A stretch of 63,328 bases of DNA, the filler included, from Choristocarpus tenellus KU-1152 (lineage: Eukaryota > Protista > Phaeophyceae): NCBI GenBank assembly GCA_964200185.2. It is 12 parts of 12 records of this genome, joined end to end, with 100 filler letters (N's around TTAATTAATTAA, not from the genome) between each part and the next. Parts side by side here need not be neighbours in the genome. Positions count along the whole stretch, not along the records: positions 24,046 to 29,845 come from CAXNAD020009725.1; positions 29,946 to 36,648 come from CAXNAD020007527.1; positions 36,749 to 41,336 come from CAXNAD020013890.1; 9 more parts are not named here. One strand, 5' to 3'. Every line of letters begins with the position of its first letter. Position 1 is the first letter of the stretch. Below the pieces are notes generated by a model. That model ran no database searches and had not been told where the DNA came from. It saw only the letters and a program-made list of their open reading frames with translations. Both the position numbers and the translations under genes were made by a program. This document shows positions 25,619-39,025 of this stretch, piece after piece.

Positions 25619-27072
25619 GTTGTCCATCGAGAGGATATCTTCAAGAAGGTGCTGGCAATGATCCAAGGGAGGATTACAAATCCCCATACAGATCCCGACG
25701 GATACCTTAATATCCACATATGCCTGGGTTCAAATCAACATCCAGAGGATGTAAACAGAACTCTTAGGGTCACTTCCAATCTTGAGAGGCATAGGCGCCT
25801 TCCAACCTCCATCAGGGACCACCCTACCAGCATCGATGAGGTTTCGGAAGGGGGAGGGAAACTTGTTGCTGAGGTTGGATCGGTGAATGTTCCTTGCTCC
25901 AAAGGGAAGGGGAAAGATCAAATTTTTATATCTTCAATGCATCATTCCTTGATTAAGGATGGTATCACTGACAGTAAAAGGGTGAAGCAGAAGAGGACCG
26001 TGGGGCCTGATGGTACTGTGATCAATGACTTTGAGGACCTCCTCGGGGACATAGGTGCAAACACTGGGTCGGACGTCGACGAGGAGGAAGGTGAGGATTT
26101 CAACTCCCAGAGCGGAGGTCTCCTAACTCCTTTACCCAGTGGTTCACTGCGAACGGATGACCTCAACGATGTGGAAAAGACTTCGGAAGTGGTTGAGGTG
26201 GACAGTGGGGAGGATGGCAGAGACAGTCCGTTTGAAGGCGTGGGGGTGGAAGAGGTGCTAACAACCTTGCCCCTAAACTAAACATGTGGGTCAAAGCACA
26301 AACGTGTCCTGGGTCAGGACAAGGTATTCCCTGACCCGATATCATTACGGACCAATTATGGTGGTGCTCTTCTACTTTAAAGGAGAAGAAGCGATTCCTT
26401 CTTCAGGAGGAGGGAAGGACGAAGGTGAACTGCCAGGGTACCAAGGGTTCAACAGGTCAACACCAAGACAGATTATCTCTTTCGTCCCTCTTTACAGGAG
26501 AGTCCCAAGATCGTACACGGGGTAATGATCCCCAAGTGGAAAACGAGGGCAAAAAGGATTAAGCCATCATGTCCGATAATAAGATTGAATACGGGATTAT
26601 GATGATTCTTCAAGATTGCACCGATGCGTTGTTGAAAAACTATATTGCTAAGGAGTGGTTCAGGAGGGGCAGTTTTAAAACAAGAAAACCGACAGTAACC
26701 TCCAATGGTCTTAAACAGGTGCTTTGTGACCATGGATTTGTGACGGTGAGGACAGGGATGAAGGCCAAACCCATTGTTGTGGACGATTATTGCTATGTCC
26801 ACGGCACCATCCTGAAGGGGTGCCATGGTCAGGGCGAGATAATAAGGCAAACGTTGCAGATGGAGGATATCAAAATTCTCATTAAGAGGAAGGCTATGCT
26901 CCTTTGCAGTGTAGATGCGGAAGAGTGGAGTGACCAATATTTGTCGCCTCATAACCTGTGGCACATGCTCACAGAAACGTTCCCCAAGCTCTTGCGTTGG
27001 TGGAAGATGGAAGACGGATACCACTTCAAAATTTTCGAGGAGATGATGAGGAAAGTTCAAAGTAACATCTAG
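25619..27072 (+). pseudogene. Degenerate intronless orphan coding region (210-aa and 167-aa ORFs), possibly TE- or virus-derived
   Basis: Two long co-oriented ORFs with protein-like composition, linked by a frameshifted region. Confidence 0.4.
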
Positions 27073-27424
27073 AGTTGAGCATCACCCGTTGTGGAATGTT
27101 CGACAGATACGAAGTGAATGAGTGTGAACCACCTTATTCCTAAATCTGCCAGCAACATCTTCATTTCAGAGCTAGTTTTGTTAGTGTTGTTGACTAGTTA
27201 GATATCTTTCAAATATATGTATGGTGGTGTTGTAGAGTATTGAGACACTTCGATGTCTTGTCATCAATTGTCTTCACAACAGATTAGTGCAACCTTAAGA
27301 CCGAACATCTGTTCCATGTTTCACATGTGTTTGGTGACTGGCAAGGTGAACCTTCAATGATTTGGTGGTATTGAGTAAAGTATGTAGCTCTTTTCGGACG
27401 CCTAGTCTTGCATGTGTTACGTGA

Positions 27425-29845
27425 GTCATGCCTGCTAGAAACATGCGTTGGCCGAGGATGCGCTAGCATAGGGGTAGATGGTGGGATTCAGTTCTTCCTC
27501 GTTGTCGTGCCTGGCAGAGAGGTCCATCCTGAGGTTGGGTGGTGTGGATGTTTCCTGCACTTCCGTGGAGCCCATCCCAGCCACGACAGTGCTCTCCACG
27601 TATAGCTGCTGGTCCAGAGTGATGCCCTCTGCACCCACAGTGATGCCCACCCCAATCAGCTTGTCCGGTGTGCCTAGGTTCCTCCCCTCGTACCTCTCCA
27701 GCAGCGATGCCCTCATCCTCTGGATCTCCGTGAAGTCCCCGGTGGTGGCAGTGTCGTTCGTCCACGTAGGTGGTGAGAATGGCAATGCGCCCGTCTTCAC
27801 TCTTTTCTGAAGTAGAGGAACTCGTCATGTTGGCTGCTCGGTCACCCTTCTGCCAGGATGGTCTGCATAGCTCATGATACCACTCCATGACTGACTGCTT
27901 CAGCCCATAGGTTGCCTTCTCTGCCTTGACGGTGCGCCTATCTAGAAGCTCCAACGAGACGTCCTCCTGCAGTTCTGTGTTTAGGTAGGCCTGCGTGAAG
28001 TCCAGGACGTCGATGCTCCAACAACCTCTATACGCTGCGACAGACATGACACCCCGTGGTGTGTCGTACCCCACCACTGGGCTGAAGGTTTCGAAGAAGT
28101 CCACACCTGCATTTTGGGTGAAGCCGCGGGCCACGAGTCGCGCATTATAGCGTTCCGCTTTCCCGCCCCCGGAGCACTTGATTTTGAAAATTAATTGCAT
28201 CTTGATTGCCTTCCTCCCTTGGGGCAGGGCCTTGTCACCAAACGTCTCCTTCTGCCATAGCCCTATCATTTCCTTTTCCATGGCCTCCTGCCACTGCTCC
28301 GCATCTGGCCCCCTCAGGGCCTCCTTTGTTGTAGACGGCTCATCTGCACCTGTTGCCACCTCCCCCTTGAGATCCATAAGGCAGTACACGTCGTCATTGT
28401 TCTCTATGAGAGTTGACACGAAGTGGTTCATATCCGTGTCGTTGCCCTCCCCCAGGTTGTACAGCTGGGATGTGTAGTCCACCCACTGGCACTGCTCCAG
28501 CCGGGAAGATGCCCACTGTTCAGAGTGTGGGGCCTGGTGCTTGTCCACTATTTGCGCTGCCCTATCTATGCGCTGGCATTATCCCATCTTTGAGATACCT
28601 GTTTTCCTTGGTGGGTTGCTGAGCGCTTTGCATCTTGAGCCCCACGCCCAATGTTTCCGCCCGCGTGTCCAGCCGTGTGTGCCTCGCCCCCAGCTGCGGA
28701 CGAATCCTCTTCACCTCCGCCATCGATATTCATGGTATCGTTGTACTCCGACTCCTCCAGTATTTCCAGCTCTGGCTCCCCCAGCAGTTCCAGCAGTTCG
28801 GCTTCAGGCTGGAATTTCACTTGTGCAAAATTACCAGCTTACCTTCCTGCAGGATCCATATGTGCCAGCACAGTGACGCCCTGTCGTGCCTGACGAGGAC
28901 CCCTGCTTCACGCAAGGGTGGAACTTGGCGTTGGCGACACGCTGTTGTTTGATCTGGTGCATAAAGCACTCCGTCCCGGACACACGCAGTCGTTTGTAGT
29001 TGAACGACTTGCTGGTCAGGCGCTCGCATAGTGTCTCGTTGCCCAGGTACTTGTGTGGCATGCCTGTGGTCTTGTATGTGGCGTCCGCCACCACGAAGAA
29101 CCAGAACTCCTCCCCCAGTCCAGCCTGGATCAGCTGGCTGCGGGCCGCTTGCATCTCCTGTTTAATTGCCCGCTCAGCAATCCCCTTGCTCTGGGGTGTG
29201 TGCGGGGGGGTCTTGCGCCATTTCACGCCCCACTCTTTCAGCATGCGCTGGAACCTTACGCTCCTCCCGAACTCGTCAGCACCATCTCCCCACTGATGCA
29301 CCTCACCCCCACCCCTTCTCGAGCCATATCGCCGATGTAGGCGGCAGTGCCTACGGTAGCGGTGTCCTCGGTATACAGACCCAACAAGTGCTTCTCCCAG
29401 CTGACGTCGTCCACGAAAACTTCAAAGTACTTCATACTCGTCACATCCGGGTCTAAGGATCCCTCCAGGTCTGTGTGCACCACCTCCCCCACCGTCTTGG
29501 GGCTGCGACCGCCCCGTACGTAACTCAGTGTCTTCGACTTGCACTCCTTGCATACCTGGCAGTGGAGCTCTGAGGCCACTGTGGCATCTGCGATGTCCCG
29601 AAAGCCTTCTTTCTCCAGGTGCTTGATCGCGAATGGGTTGAGGTGACCCATGATGTTGTTGTGCCAGTCGGAGAGGGAGAGACACTGCTGCTTATTGGCG
29701 TAGCTAGCATTGACCATTGCCTGGCCCTTCCTCCCCTTTTTCACCTGAAACTGGGCCAGCAGTATCAGGAAGGCTCCCTTCTCCTCCAAATGGATCTTGG
29801 CTGCCCCCTTGTTGGCCTGGATGTAGCTCCTCCTGATCCCTGAGT
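27425..29845 (-). mobile_element. Ty1/copia pol fragment (GAG-pre-integrase, integrase, RT)
   Basis: WHNNIMGH..CQVCKECK, VHTDLEG, VFVDD, PQSKGIAER, YNARLVARGFTQ..GVDFFETFSPV, LDFTQAYLN, YGLKQS, TYVDD. Confidence 0.95.
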
Positions 29846-29945
29846 NNNNNNNNNNNNNNNNNNNNNNNNNNNNNNNNNNNNNNNNNNNNTTAATTAATTA
29901 ANNNNNNNNNNNNNNNNNNNNNNNNNNNNNNNNNNNNNNNNNNNN

Positions 29946-32782
29946 CCAATCAGCTTGTCCAGCGTGCCAAGGACCTGCCCCTGGTACTTCTCCAGCAGCG
30001 ATGTCCTCATCCTTTGGATCTCCTCCCTGAAGTCCCCAGTGGTGGCACTGTTGTCCATGTGGGTGGTGTGGATGGCGATGCGTTCATCTTCACTCTTCCT
30101 GAAGTAGAGCCATTCATCGTGTTTGCTGCTCATCCACAATTCTCCCAGGATGGTGCCCTGTACCTCGTGATACAATTCCATGGCTGACTGTTTCAGTCCC
30201 TAGATTGCTTCTCTCTGCCTTGACGGTGCAGTGGGGTCTCTGCGTTGAGGTAGACCTGTGTAAAGTGCTGGGGGTCGATGCTCCAACCTCTGTACGCTGC
30301 GACGGACATCATGCATCGTAGTGTGTCATACCCCACCACCAGGCTGAAGGTTTTGCATAATAAGTCCACACCTGCGTTTTGTGTGAAGCCGTGGGCCACG
30401 AGTCGAGCCTTATAGCGTTCCACCTTCCCGTCCGCGGAGCGCTTGATTTTGAAGACTAATCGTGTCTTGATTGCTTTCCTCCCTTGGGGCAGGGCCTTAT
30501 CTCTAAACGTCCCTTTCTACCTTAGCCTTGTCATTTCCTTCTCCATGGTCGCCTGCCACTGCTCTGCATCCGGCCCACTCAAGGCCTCGTTTGTTGTAGA
30601 CGACTCATCTGTCGGTGTCTTCATCATCCCCTTCCAGGTCATACAGCTGGGATGTGTGGTCCACCCACTGGCGCTGCACCAGCCGGGAAGATGCTCGCTG
30701 TCCAGAGTGTGGTGCCAGACGTTTGGCTGCTATTTGCGCTGCCCTATCCATGTGTTGGCGTTTTCCTATCCTGAGAGAAATCTCTTGACTTTGATGGGGT
30801 GCTGAGCGTTTTGCATCTTGAGTCCCACGCCCAATGTTTCCGCCCGCATGCTCAGTCGTGTGTGCCTTGCTCCCTGTTCTGGAAGGCTCTTCTTCGCCTT
30901 TGCCATCGATGTTTATGGCGGTGTCATGCTCCGGCTCCCCCAGTATGTCCAACTCCGATTCCCCCACCAGTTCCAGCAGTTTGGCTTCAGGTTGGAACTT
31001 CACTTGTGTGGTCACCAGCTTACCTTCCTACAGGACCCACATGTACCAGCACAGTGACGCCCTGTCGTGTCCGACCAGGATCCCCTGCTTTGCGTACGGG
31101 TGGAACTTGGCCTTGGTGCTGTGCTGTTGCTTGGTCTGATGCATGAAGCACTCCGTCCCAAACACATGGACCCGCTTGTAGTGGAATGACTTGTTCGTCA
31201 GGCGCTCGCATGGTGTCTCGCCGGCCAGGTACACTCGTGTGGCATCCCTGTGCTCTTGTATGTGGCGTCTGCCACCACGAAGAATCAGAACTCCTTCCAA
31301 GTCCAGCCTGAATCAGCTGGCTGTGCGCCACTTGCATGACCTGTTGAATTGCCCGCTCGGCAATCCCGTTGCTCTGGGGCGTGAGGGGGTCTTGCGCCAT
31401 TTCACACCCAACTCTGTCAGCATGCGCTGGAACCTTACACTCCTCCGAAACTCACCAGCGTCATTCCCACCGATGCACCTCACCACCACCCCTTCTCGAG
31501 CCATTTCGTCCATATAGGCGATGGTGGCTGCGGTAGTGGCGTCCTTGGTAATCAGATCCATCACGCACTTCTTCCGGCTGGCCTCGAAAATGAACACCTG
31601 AAAGTACTTCATGCCCGTCACGTCCGGGTCGAAGGGTCCCTCCAGGTCTGTATGAAACCTCCCCCACCCACCGTCTTGGAGCTCCGGCCGCCCCGTGTGT
31701 AACTGAGTTGCTTGGACTTGCACTCCTTCCAAACCTGGGAGTGGAGCTCTGAGGCGACTGTAGCATCTGCGATGTTCAGGAGGCCTCGTTTCTCCAGGTG
31801 CTTGATCGTGAATGGGTTGAAGTGACCCATGATGTTGTGCCAGTCGGAGAGGAAGAGACACTGCTGCTTATTGGCGTAGCTAATATTGACCGTTGCCTGA
31901 CCCTTCTCCTTTTTTATGTGAAATTGGGTGCTGATCGCGAATGGGTTGAAGTGACCCATGATGTTGTGCCAGTCGGAGAGGGAGCGACACTGCTGCCTAT
32001 TGGCGTAGCTAGTATTGACCGCTGCCTGACCCTTCTTCCCCTTTTTTATGTGAAACTGGGGCCGCAGCATCAGGAAGGCTCCCTTCTCCTCCAAATGGAT
32101 CTTGGCTGCACCCTTGTTGGGCTGGATGTAGCTCATCCTGATCCCTGTGTCCATATCTTTAGTCCCCCGACCATAATGAATGCAGACGTCCAGTGTCACT
32201 GCTACGTAGCGCAGAACGTGTTGCAGTCCGTGCCGGTGCTGCATGTGTGGAGACGCTGCCCTGCACCCCACAGTTCACGAACGCTGTTGGCCAGGTCGGG
32301 GCGAGTCATGCGTGCTAGAAAAAGGAGTTGGCTGAGGATGCTGGCGTAGCGGTAGATGGTGGGATTCAGTACCTCCTCGTTGTCGTGTCTGGCAGGGAGG
32401 TCCACGCCGGGGTCGAGTGGTATGGATGTGTTCCGCACTTCCGTGTAGCCCATCCTGGTCATGACAATGCTTTCCGCTTATAGTGCTGGTCCAGGGTGAT
32501 GCCATTCGCATCCATAGTGATGCCCACCCCAATCAGCTTGTCCAGCGTGCCAAGGTCCCGCTCCTGGTACTTCTCAAGCAGCGATGTCCTCATCCTTTGG
32601 ATCTCTTCCGTGATGTCCCCAGTGGTGGCAGTGTCGTCCACGTAGGTGGTGTGGATGGCGATGCGTTCATCTTCACTCTGCCCGATGCACTCCTCGTGTT
32701 GGCTGCTCAACCACACTTCTCCCAGGATGGTGCCGCATAGCTCGTGATACCATTCCATGGCTGACTCTTTCAGCCCATAGAG
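29946..32782 (-). mobile_element. Ty1/copia composite fragments (RT-RH piece, IN, RT), with a ~130-bp tandem duplication at ~31803-32060
   Basis: YKARLVAHGFTQ, QSNGIAERAI, TYVDD, TRPDLA motifs. Confidence 0.93.
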
Positions 32783-34079
32783 GCCTTGAGTGGGCCGGAT
32801 GCAGAGCAGTGGCAGGAAGCCATGGAGAAGGAAATGGTATCGCTATCACAGAAGGGGACGTTTGGTGACAAGGCCCTGCCCCAAGGGAGGAAGGCAATCA
32901 ATACACGATTCGTTTTCAAAATCAAGCGCTCAGCAGACGGGAAGGTGGAACGCTGTAAGGCGCGACTCGTGGCCCACGGCTTCACACGAAACGCAGGTGT
33001 GGACTTATTCAAAACCTTCAGCCCGGTGGTGGGGTATGACACACTATGGTGCATCATGTCCGTCGCAGCGTACAGAGGTTGGAGCATCGACGCCCTGGAC
33101 TTCAAACAGGTCTACCTCAACGCAGACCTGCAGGAGGACGTCTGGCTGGAGCTTCCGGACGACTGCACCGTCAAGGCAGAGAGAAGGCAATCCATGGACT
33201 GAAACAGTCAGCCATGGAATTGTATCACGAGCTACGTGACACCATCCTGGGAGAAGTGTGGATGAGCAGTCAATATGACGAGTGGCTCTACTTCAGGAAG
33301 AGTGAAGACAGACCCATCGCCATCCACACCACCCATATGGACAACAGTGCCACCACTGGGGACTTCAGGGAGGAGATCCAAAGGATGAGGACATCGCTGC
33401 TGGAGAAGTACCAGGGGCAGGTCCACGCTGGACAAGCTGATTGGGGTGGGCATCAATGTGGGTGCGAACGGCATCACCCTAGACCAACAGCTATACGCGG
33501 AAAGCATCGTTACAGCTGGGATGGGCTGCACGGAAGTGCGTGACACATCCACACCACTCGACCCCGGCATGGACCTCCCTGCCGGGCACGACAACGAGGA
33601 GGAACTGAATACCACCATCTACCGCTACGCCAGCATCTTCAGCCAACTCATGTTTCTAGCAGGCATGAGTCGCCTGGACCTGGCCAACAGCGTTCGCAAA
33701 CTGGGGCGTAGGGCGGCATCTCCATGCATGCAGCACTGGCGCGGACTGCAACACATTCTGCGCTATGTAGCAGGGACACTGGACATCTGCATTCACCATG
33801 CTCGGGGGAGTAGAGATGTGAGCGGAGGGGACGGAGAGCTCTTGGTGGGGTATGGGGATTCCGACTGGGGCATCGACTCCTAAACACGAAGGAGTGCCAC
33901 AGGTTACCTACTATTTGTCAACAGATCGCTGATCCCCTGGCGCTGCAAGCTTCAAGGCACGGTCACCCTCTCCAACTCGGAGGCGGAGTGGACGGCAATG
34001 GCATATTGCATGCGCCACTGCATTTTCCTTCGAGACAATCTGGGAGAAATCGGCGCACTGCACCAGGACCAGACTCCCC
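32783..34079 (+). mobile_element. Ty1/copia RT-RNase H fragment
   Basis: WQEAMEKEM, KARLVAHGF, GYGDSDWG, RSATGYL, SNSEAEW. Confidence 0.95.
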
Positions 34080-34099
34080 GCCTGCAAAGCTCACCAGCG

Positions 34100-34427
34100 C
34101 CATCCCTGAGGTGCTCTGACTCGTTATCTATAGTGAATGTCCGCAGACACGTCAAAATGTGTCTTTTTTAGTCACATTACGTCACTCGCTTTTCGTCGCT
34201 AGTAATACGTCAGTCGTTCCGCGTCAGTTATAGCTAGGTAAGTCGTCCTGCGTCAGCCACTTAAACTAAGCAATAAGAAATCATCCCATCGACATTCGAA
34301 CGTATTACTCTAAGCATATGGAAACAAGTTATTGACTATTGATCCACTCAGACAACATTTCTGTTGCATTATACGGGTTACCAAACACCTAAGAAACCTT
34401 TCATAGAATACCAGCCTATGTTACACA
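34100..34427 (-). mobile_element. Partial copia LTR inserted into gag of a neighbouring copy
   Basis: Similar to the LTR at 34897-35220; TG end at 34427 abuts gag sequence. Confidence 0.8.
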
Positions 34428-34892
34428 CCTCCAGCTGTTTCTGCTCCGTCCAGATGTGATCGAGATGGACGATGAAGTCGGCAGTGTCCTCCATCGATGA
34501 CCAGTACATGTCTCCCAACTTCATCTCGAGAGCTATGAGGTGCATAGATCTGCTCCAACTCGAGCCAGGCTGCCCTCCCGTCGGGGCTGCTATTGTTTTC
34601 CTGGGTGCTGACCACCATCGCTGCGGCGCCCCTCGTGGCCTGGGCCAGCCGGAACCACAAGACCTCGCGATGCATGACGTCATCCTCGTACGTGCTGCGT
34701 TCCCCAGACGATGTATGAGCCGCAGGGGATGAAGGGATGTGGTACGCCGGTTGAAGGATGCCGTAGAGTCCGTTCCTGCCCGCATAGCTCACCAGCAACA
34801 TCCGCCATTCTGCCCACTTCTCCCTTGTAAGCCCACGCGCCAATCCATAGTGACAGCTTATGTGAGTCCGCTTCCATACCTGTGAGGCTCAT
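34428..34892 (-). mobile_element. Copia gag N-terminus (MSLTGMEAD...KWAEWRMLLVSYAG)
   Basis: Follows LTR and PBS; homologous to 47771-47280. Confidence 0.85.
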
Positions 34893-34896
34893 AACT

Positions 34897-35220
34897 TGTG
34901 CAAAAAGAGCTGTTTGAATAGAGTTTTTGCTTAATGTGGTATGAATGAATTTATTAGCAGAATGAGCACCTTCTCAAAAGGTGTTGGTTGCTCTGCCTCA
35001 TTATCTATTGCGCACGTAAGAAGACACATCAGAATGTGTCTGTGTCAGTCGCACTACGTCGCTCGTTCTGTGTCAACGACTTAAGTTAAACAGTAAGAAA
35101 TCAACCCATGGAGATTCGAACCTATTTCTCTAGGAGTACTCAAACAAGTCCCCGACAATTAACCCACTTAGTCAACATTTTTGTTATATGCTACTATAGA
35201 CTACCAGCCTATATAGCACA
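34897..35220 (-). mobile_element. Copia family 1 5' LTR (324 bp, TG..CA) followed by PBS
   Basis: TGTGCTATA...GCACA then AGTTATGAGCC. Confidence 0.9.
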
Positions 35221-35282
35221 GGTTCTTCCGTTGAAACCTGTGATGATGCCCGCCTGGATAGCACCACGATTGTCACAGAGCC

Positions 35283-35690
35283 TCCAACCGGCGTACCACA
35301 TCCCTACACCTCCTACGGCTGATACATCGTTTGGGGAACGCGTCGTGTACACTGAGTAAGTCAAACATCGCGAGGCCTTGTGGCTCCTGCTGGGCCAAGC
35401 CCAGGCAACGAGAGGGGCTGCAGTGATGATGTTTTGCATACACGAAAACAACGACAGCCCCCACGGAAGGGCAGCCTGGCTCGAGTTGGAGCAGATCTAT
35501 GGGGGGAGAGAGCTCTGTGATGGAGTGGCCCATGCAGCTCATAGCTCTCGAGTTGAACCTGCGGGACTTGTAACGCTAATCGGTGGAGGACGCTGCCGAC
35601 TTTGTCATCCGTCTCGATCACATCTGGACGGAGTACGAGCAGCCGTAGGCGGCCAAGAAGGACCACGCCAAAAAGAGGGGCTCTGACCAT
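35283..35690 (+). mobile_element. Copia gag fragment
   Basis: QPAYHIPTPPTADTSFGER, GRAAWLELEQIY. Confidence 0.85.
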
Positions 35691-36648
35691 TGTGCAAAAA
35701 GAACGGCTCGAATAGAGTTTTGCTTCAAGTGGTATCAATAAATTTATTAGCGTAGTGAGCACCATCCCTCGAGTTGGGGGGGTGCTCTGCCTCGTTATCT
35801 ATTGCACACATCAGCAGACACCTCAGAACGTGTCTGCACTCATTCTGCGTCACTAGTACTAAATCAGCGTCAGGCAATTACATTAAGCAATAAGAAATAT
35901 ACCCATCGAGATTCGAACATATTAAAAGTGATTGACAACTAAACCACGTAGTCAACGCTACATGCTACTTGTTACCAAACACATAAGAAAACTATAGACT
36001 ACCAGCCGATATTGCTCAGTCCCCCATGAGCGTGCAGCAAATTTGCTTACAAAAGCTCACCCTCAACGCAAAAGCAAGGCATGCACGAAATTAGAAGGTT
36101 CTATCTAGCGCAAAGACTTGGTCAAAATGATGACCAGTTGTTTGAATGTAGAAAAATATCGTAGGTGGAACAGACCCTGGTCCACGTATTCTCTAGTGCA
36201 CTTTAGCTTCATGTCCACGTTCTTGGTTCTCCCGTTGAAACCTGTGAAGCTGCCCGCCTGGATAATATCACGGTTGTCACAGAGCCAGGGAGTCTGGTCC
36301 GGTAGTGTGCCGATCTCCCCCAGATTGCCTCGAAGGAAGATTCAGTGGCGCAAGTCGTATGCCTTGCCGTCCACTCCGCCTCCGAGTTGGAGAGGGTGAC
36401 CGCGCCTTTAAGCTTGCAGCGCCAGGGGATCAGCGATAAGTTGACAAATAGTAGGTAACCTGTGGCACTCCTGCGTGCTAGGGAGTCGGTGCCTCAGTCG
36501 GAATCCCCATACCCCACCAAGAGCTCTCCGTCCCCTCCGTTCACATCTCTACTCCCCCGAGTGGTGAATGCAGATGTCCAGTGTCCCTGCTACATAGCGC
36601 AGAACGTGTTGCAGTCCGCGCCAGTGCTACATGCATGGAGACGCCACC
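35691..36648 (-). mobile_element. Copia 3' end: RNase H, PPT and 3' LTR (35691-36018)
   Basis: CDN..IIQA..RTKNVDMKLKCTRE..QLVIILTK; GGGGGAC|TG PPT-LTR junction. Confidence 0.92.
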
Positions 36649-36825
36649 NNNNNNNNNNNNNNNNNNNNNNNNNNNNNNNNNNNNNNNNNNNNTTAATTAA
36701 TTAANNNNNNNNNNNNNNNNNNNNNNNNNNNNNNNNNNNNNNNNNNNNAAAAAACTTTTAAAAAAAAAAAAAGAAAACCCCCCCCCCCCCCCCCCACCCC
36801 CCCAAAACCCCTACCAAAAACTCAC

Positions 36826-36963
36826 ATTCATCAAAAAGAACACTCCAATGATCACCACAGGAAAGATGAATAAGGCCGAGGATCGATGCAGAGTGAAGTG
36901 TGGTACAATCAAGTCGGGGAAGTTGGCCGTAGTGAGCATCACAAGAAGTTGCCAACACGCCTC
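36826..36963 (-). CDS. Two-pore channel (TPC)-like exon: domain I pore and S6
   Basis: cag|EACWQLLVMLTTANFPDLIVPHFTLHRSSALFIFPVVIIGVFFLMN|gtgag; TTANFPD filter signature. Confidence 0.8.
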
Positions 36964-37537
36964 CTGGATATCGGACCATTCGAATCAAAACTAGAGAGGG
37001 TTTACAACCAGAACAGAAAAAGAAAAAAGGAATATGCACATATAGATACACATACACATACGCGTGGACATATAAATTCAAATATAGATACACATACATA
37101 TACACGTACACATACACATGGACATGAATACAAATATGCATCCACATATAGATACACATACACACACACATATATACACATCCACATCCATGTATAGATA
37201 CACATATTGATACACATATTGATACACATCCACATCCATATATATATGCACATATAAATACACATATACATACACAAATATACACACATATAATACAAAT
37301 ATACTAACCAACATGATGATATAAACAAAAAAAAATGGACCCTTCATCTCGTGGTGGCATTGATCCAATCAACCACAAGTCTTCACTGATCCGACCTGCT
37401 CGGAGACTTTACCTAAAAAAAAAAACGCATCGAATCGCTAGCACTACAAACCCTGTTCATTCACTGAGGGCCATCCTAACCCTCCACAACATAACTCTTT
37501 CTTTTCTTTTACACAGACAAAAAAAATATATACATTT

Positions 37538-38145
37538 GTACATACAACAATAACCAATATAAAAATATATACATTTTTTTTCGTTTACACAGACAACAAT
37601 AACAAACATAAGAATAATATTCATACATACATACAACAATAACAAATATAAGAATAATATACTTTCATACATACAACAATAACAAACAAAAGAATAATAT
37701 ACATTCATACATACAACAATAACAAACACAAGAATAATATACATTCAAACATACAACAATAACAAACACAAGAATAATATTCCTACATACATACAACAAT
37801 AACAAACATAAGAATAATATACATTCATACATACAATAATAACAAACACAAGAATAATATTAATACATACATACAACAATAACAAACACAAGAATAATAT
37901 ACATTCATACATACAACAATAACCAATATAAAAATAATATACATTCATACATACAACAATAACAAACACAAGAATAATATACATTCATACATACAACAAT
38001 AACAAACACAAGAATAATATACATACATACAACAATAACAAACATAAGAATAATACTAATACATACATACAACAATAACAAACACAAGAATAATATACAT
38101 TCATACATACAACAATAACCAATATAAAAATAATATTCATACATA
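37538..38145 (+). repeat. ~40-bp minisatellite (CATACATACAACAATAACAAACACAAGAATAATATACATT) x~15, intronic
   Basis: Visible tandem array. Confidence 0.95.
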
Positions 38146-38402
38146 CACATACGTACATACACGTACATACACGTACATACAGGTCTGTTTCCCCAAACCT
38201 TTCGATGCACCCAATCACCACAGACACGCAAGAAACCTTTACAGAAAGTCCGGACGATACTAAATACTAACCAAACACGCACAACAAAATACTACTAACT
38301 CCAAAATAGCACGTGCGCATTAGAACGACCGCATGCAGGCACGAGTATGCAATCAAACAAAAAAAGTAAAGAATTTTAAAATATTAAAAAAAAAGAAAAT
38401 AG

Positions 38403-38436
<34 letters not shown>

Positions 38437-38719
38437 TGGGTGAGTAGACGTACTCCAGTCTACAAACAAACACAAACACCCACCTGCCACAGAACCTTAA
38501 CCCTATCCTTACCATAAAACACTAAAATGGAGTCTATGTAATCATGCGGGGGAGGGGGGGGGGTGACAGTGAGTTCAAGGGGTCCCTCTGACGTTTCTCG
38601 TATATATGTAAAAAACCCAAAAAAGTTAAAAGGACAAAACACAAACATCTCTCTATCTGGTACTTTCAATTCAAATATATATATTTATATTTTTATATTT
38701 ATTAACGTAATTGTTCGTA

Positions 38720-39025
38720 GTCTGAGGGGTCACAAACTCGTTTTGTTAAGAAAAGGTATAGAATTAAAAAAAAGCTGGTTATGGTCTGAGGGGTCACAAC
38801 CTTTTTTTTGTCAAGAAAAGGTATAGTCTTCTATTAAAAATGGTGGTTATAGCCTGAGGGTTCACAAACTCATTATGTCAAGGAAAGGTATTATAGCCTT
38901 CTATTAAAATACTTGCAATAATCTGAAGGTTCACAAAACAGTTTTGTTAAGAAAAGGTATAGTCTTCTATTAAAATACTTATCATCAGAGGGGCCACAAA
39001 CCCGTTTTGTCAAAAAAAGGTATAG
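38720..39025 (+). repeat. ~60-70-bp repeat (CTGAGGGGTCACAAAC..AAGAAAAGGTATAG) x5
   Basis: Visible copies. Confidence 0.85.

Noticed and set aside
37538-38145. Regularly spaced repeats resembling a CRISPR array (also 25012-25562 and 38720-39025)
   Set aside because: No unique spacers, no cas genes, eukaryotic context; these are minisatellites
37340-38240. Two exon-like GC-richer islands in the TPC intron
   Set aside because: The splice combinations tried introduce stops or break the pore alignment
36758-38282. Cys/Tyr/Val-rich ORFs in the ORF track
   Set aside because: Translation artefacts of (CA/TA)-rich satellites
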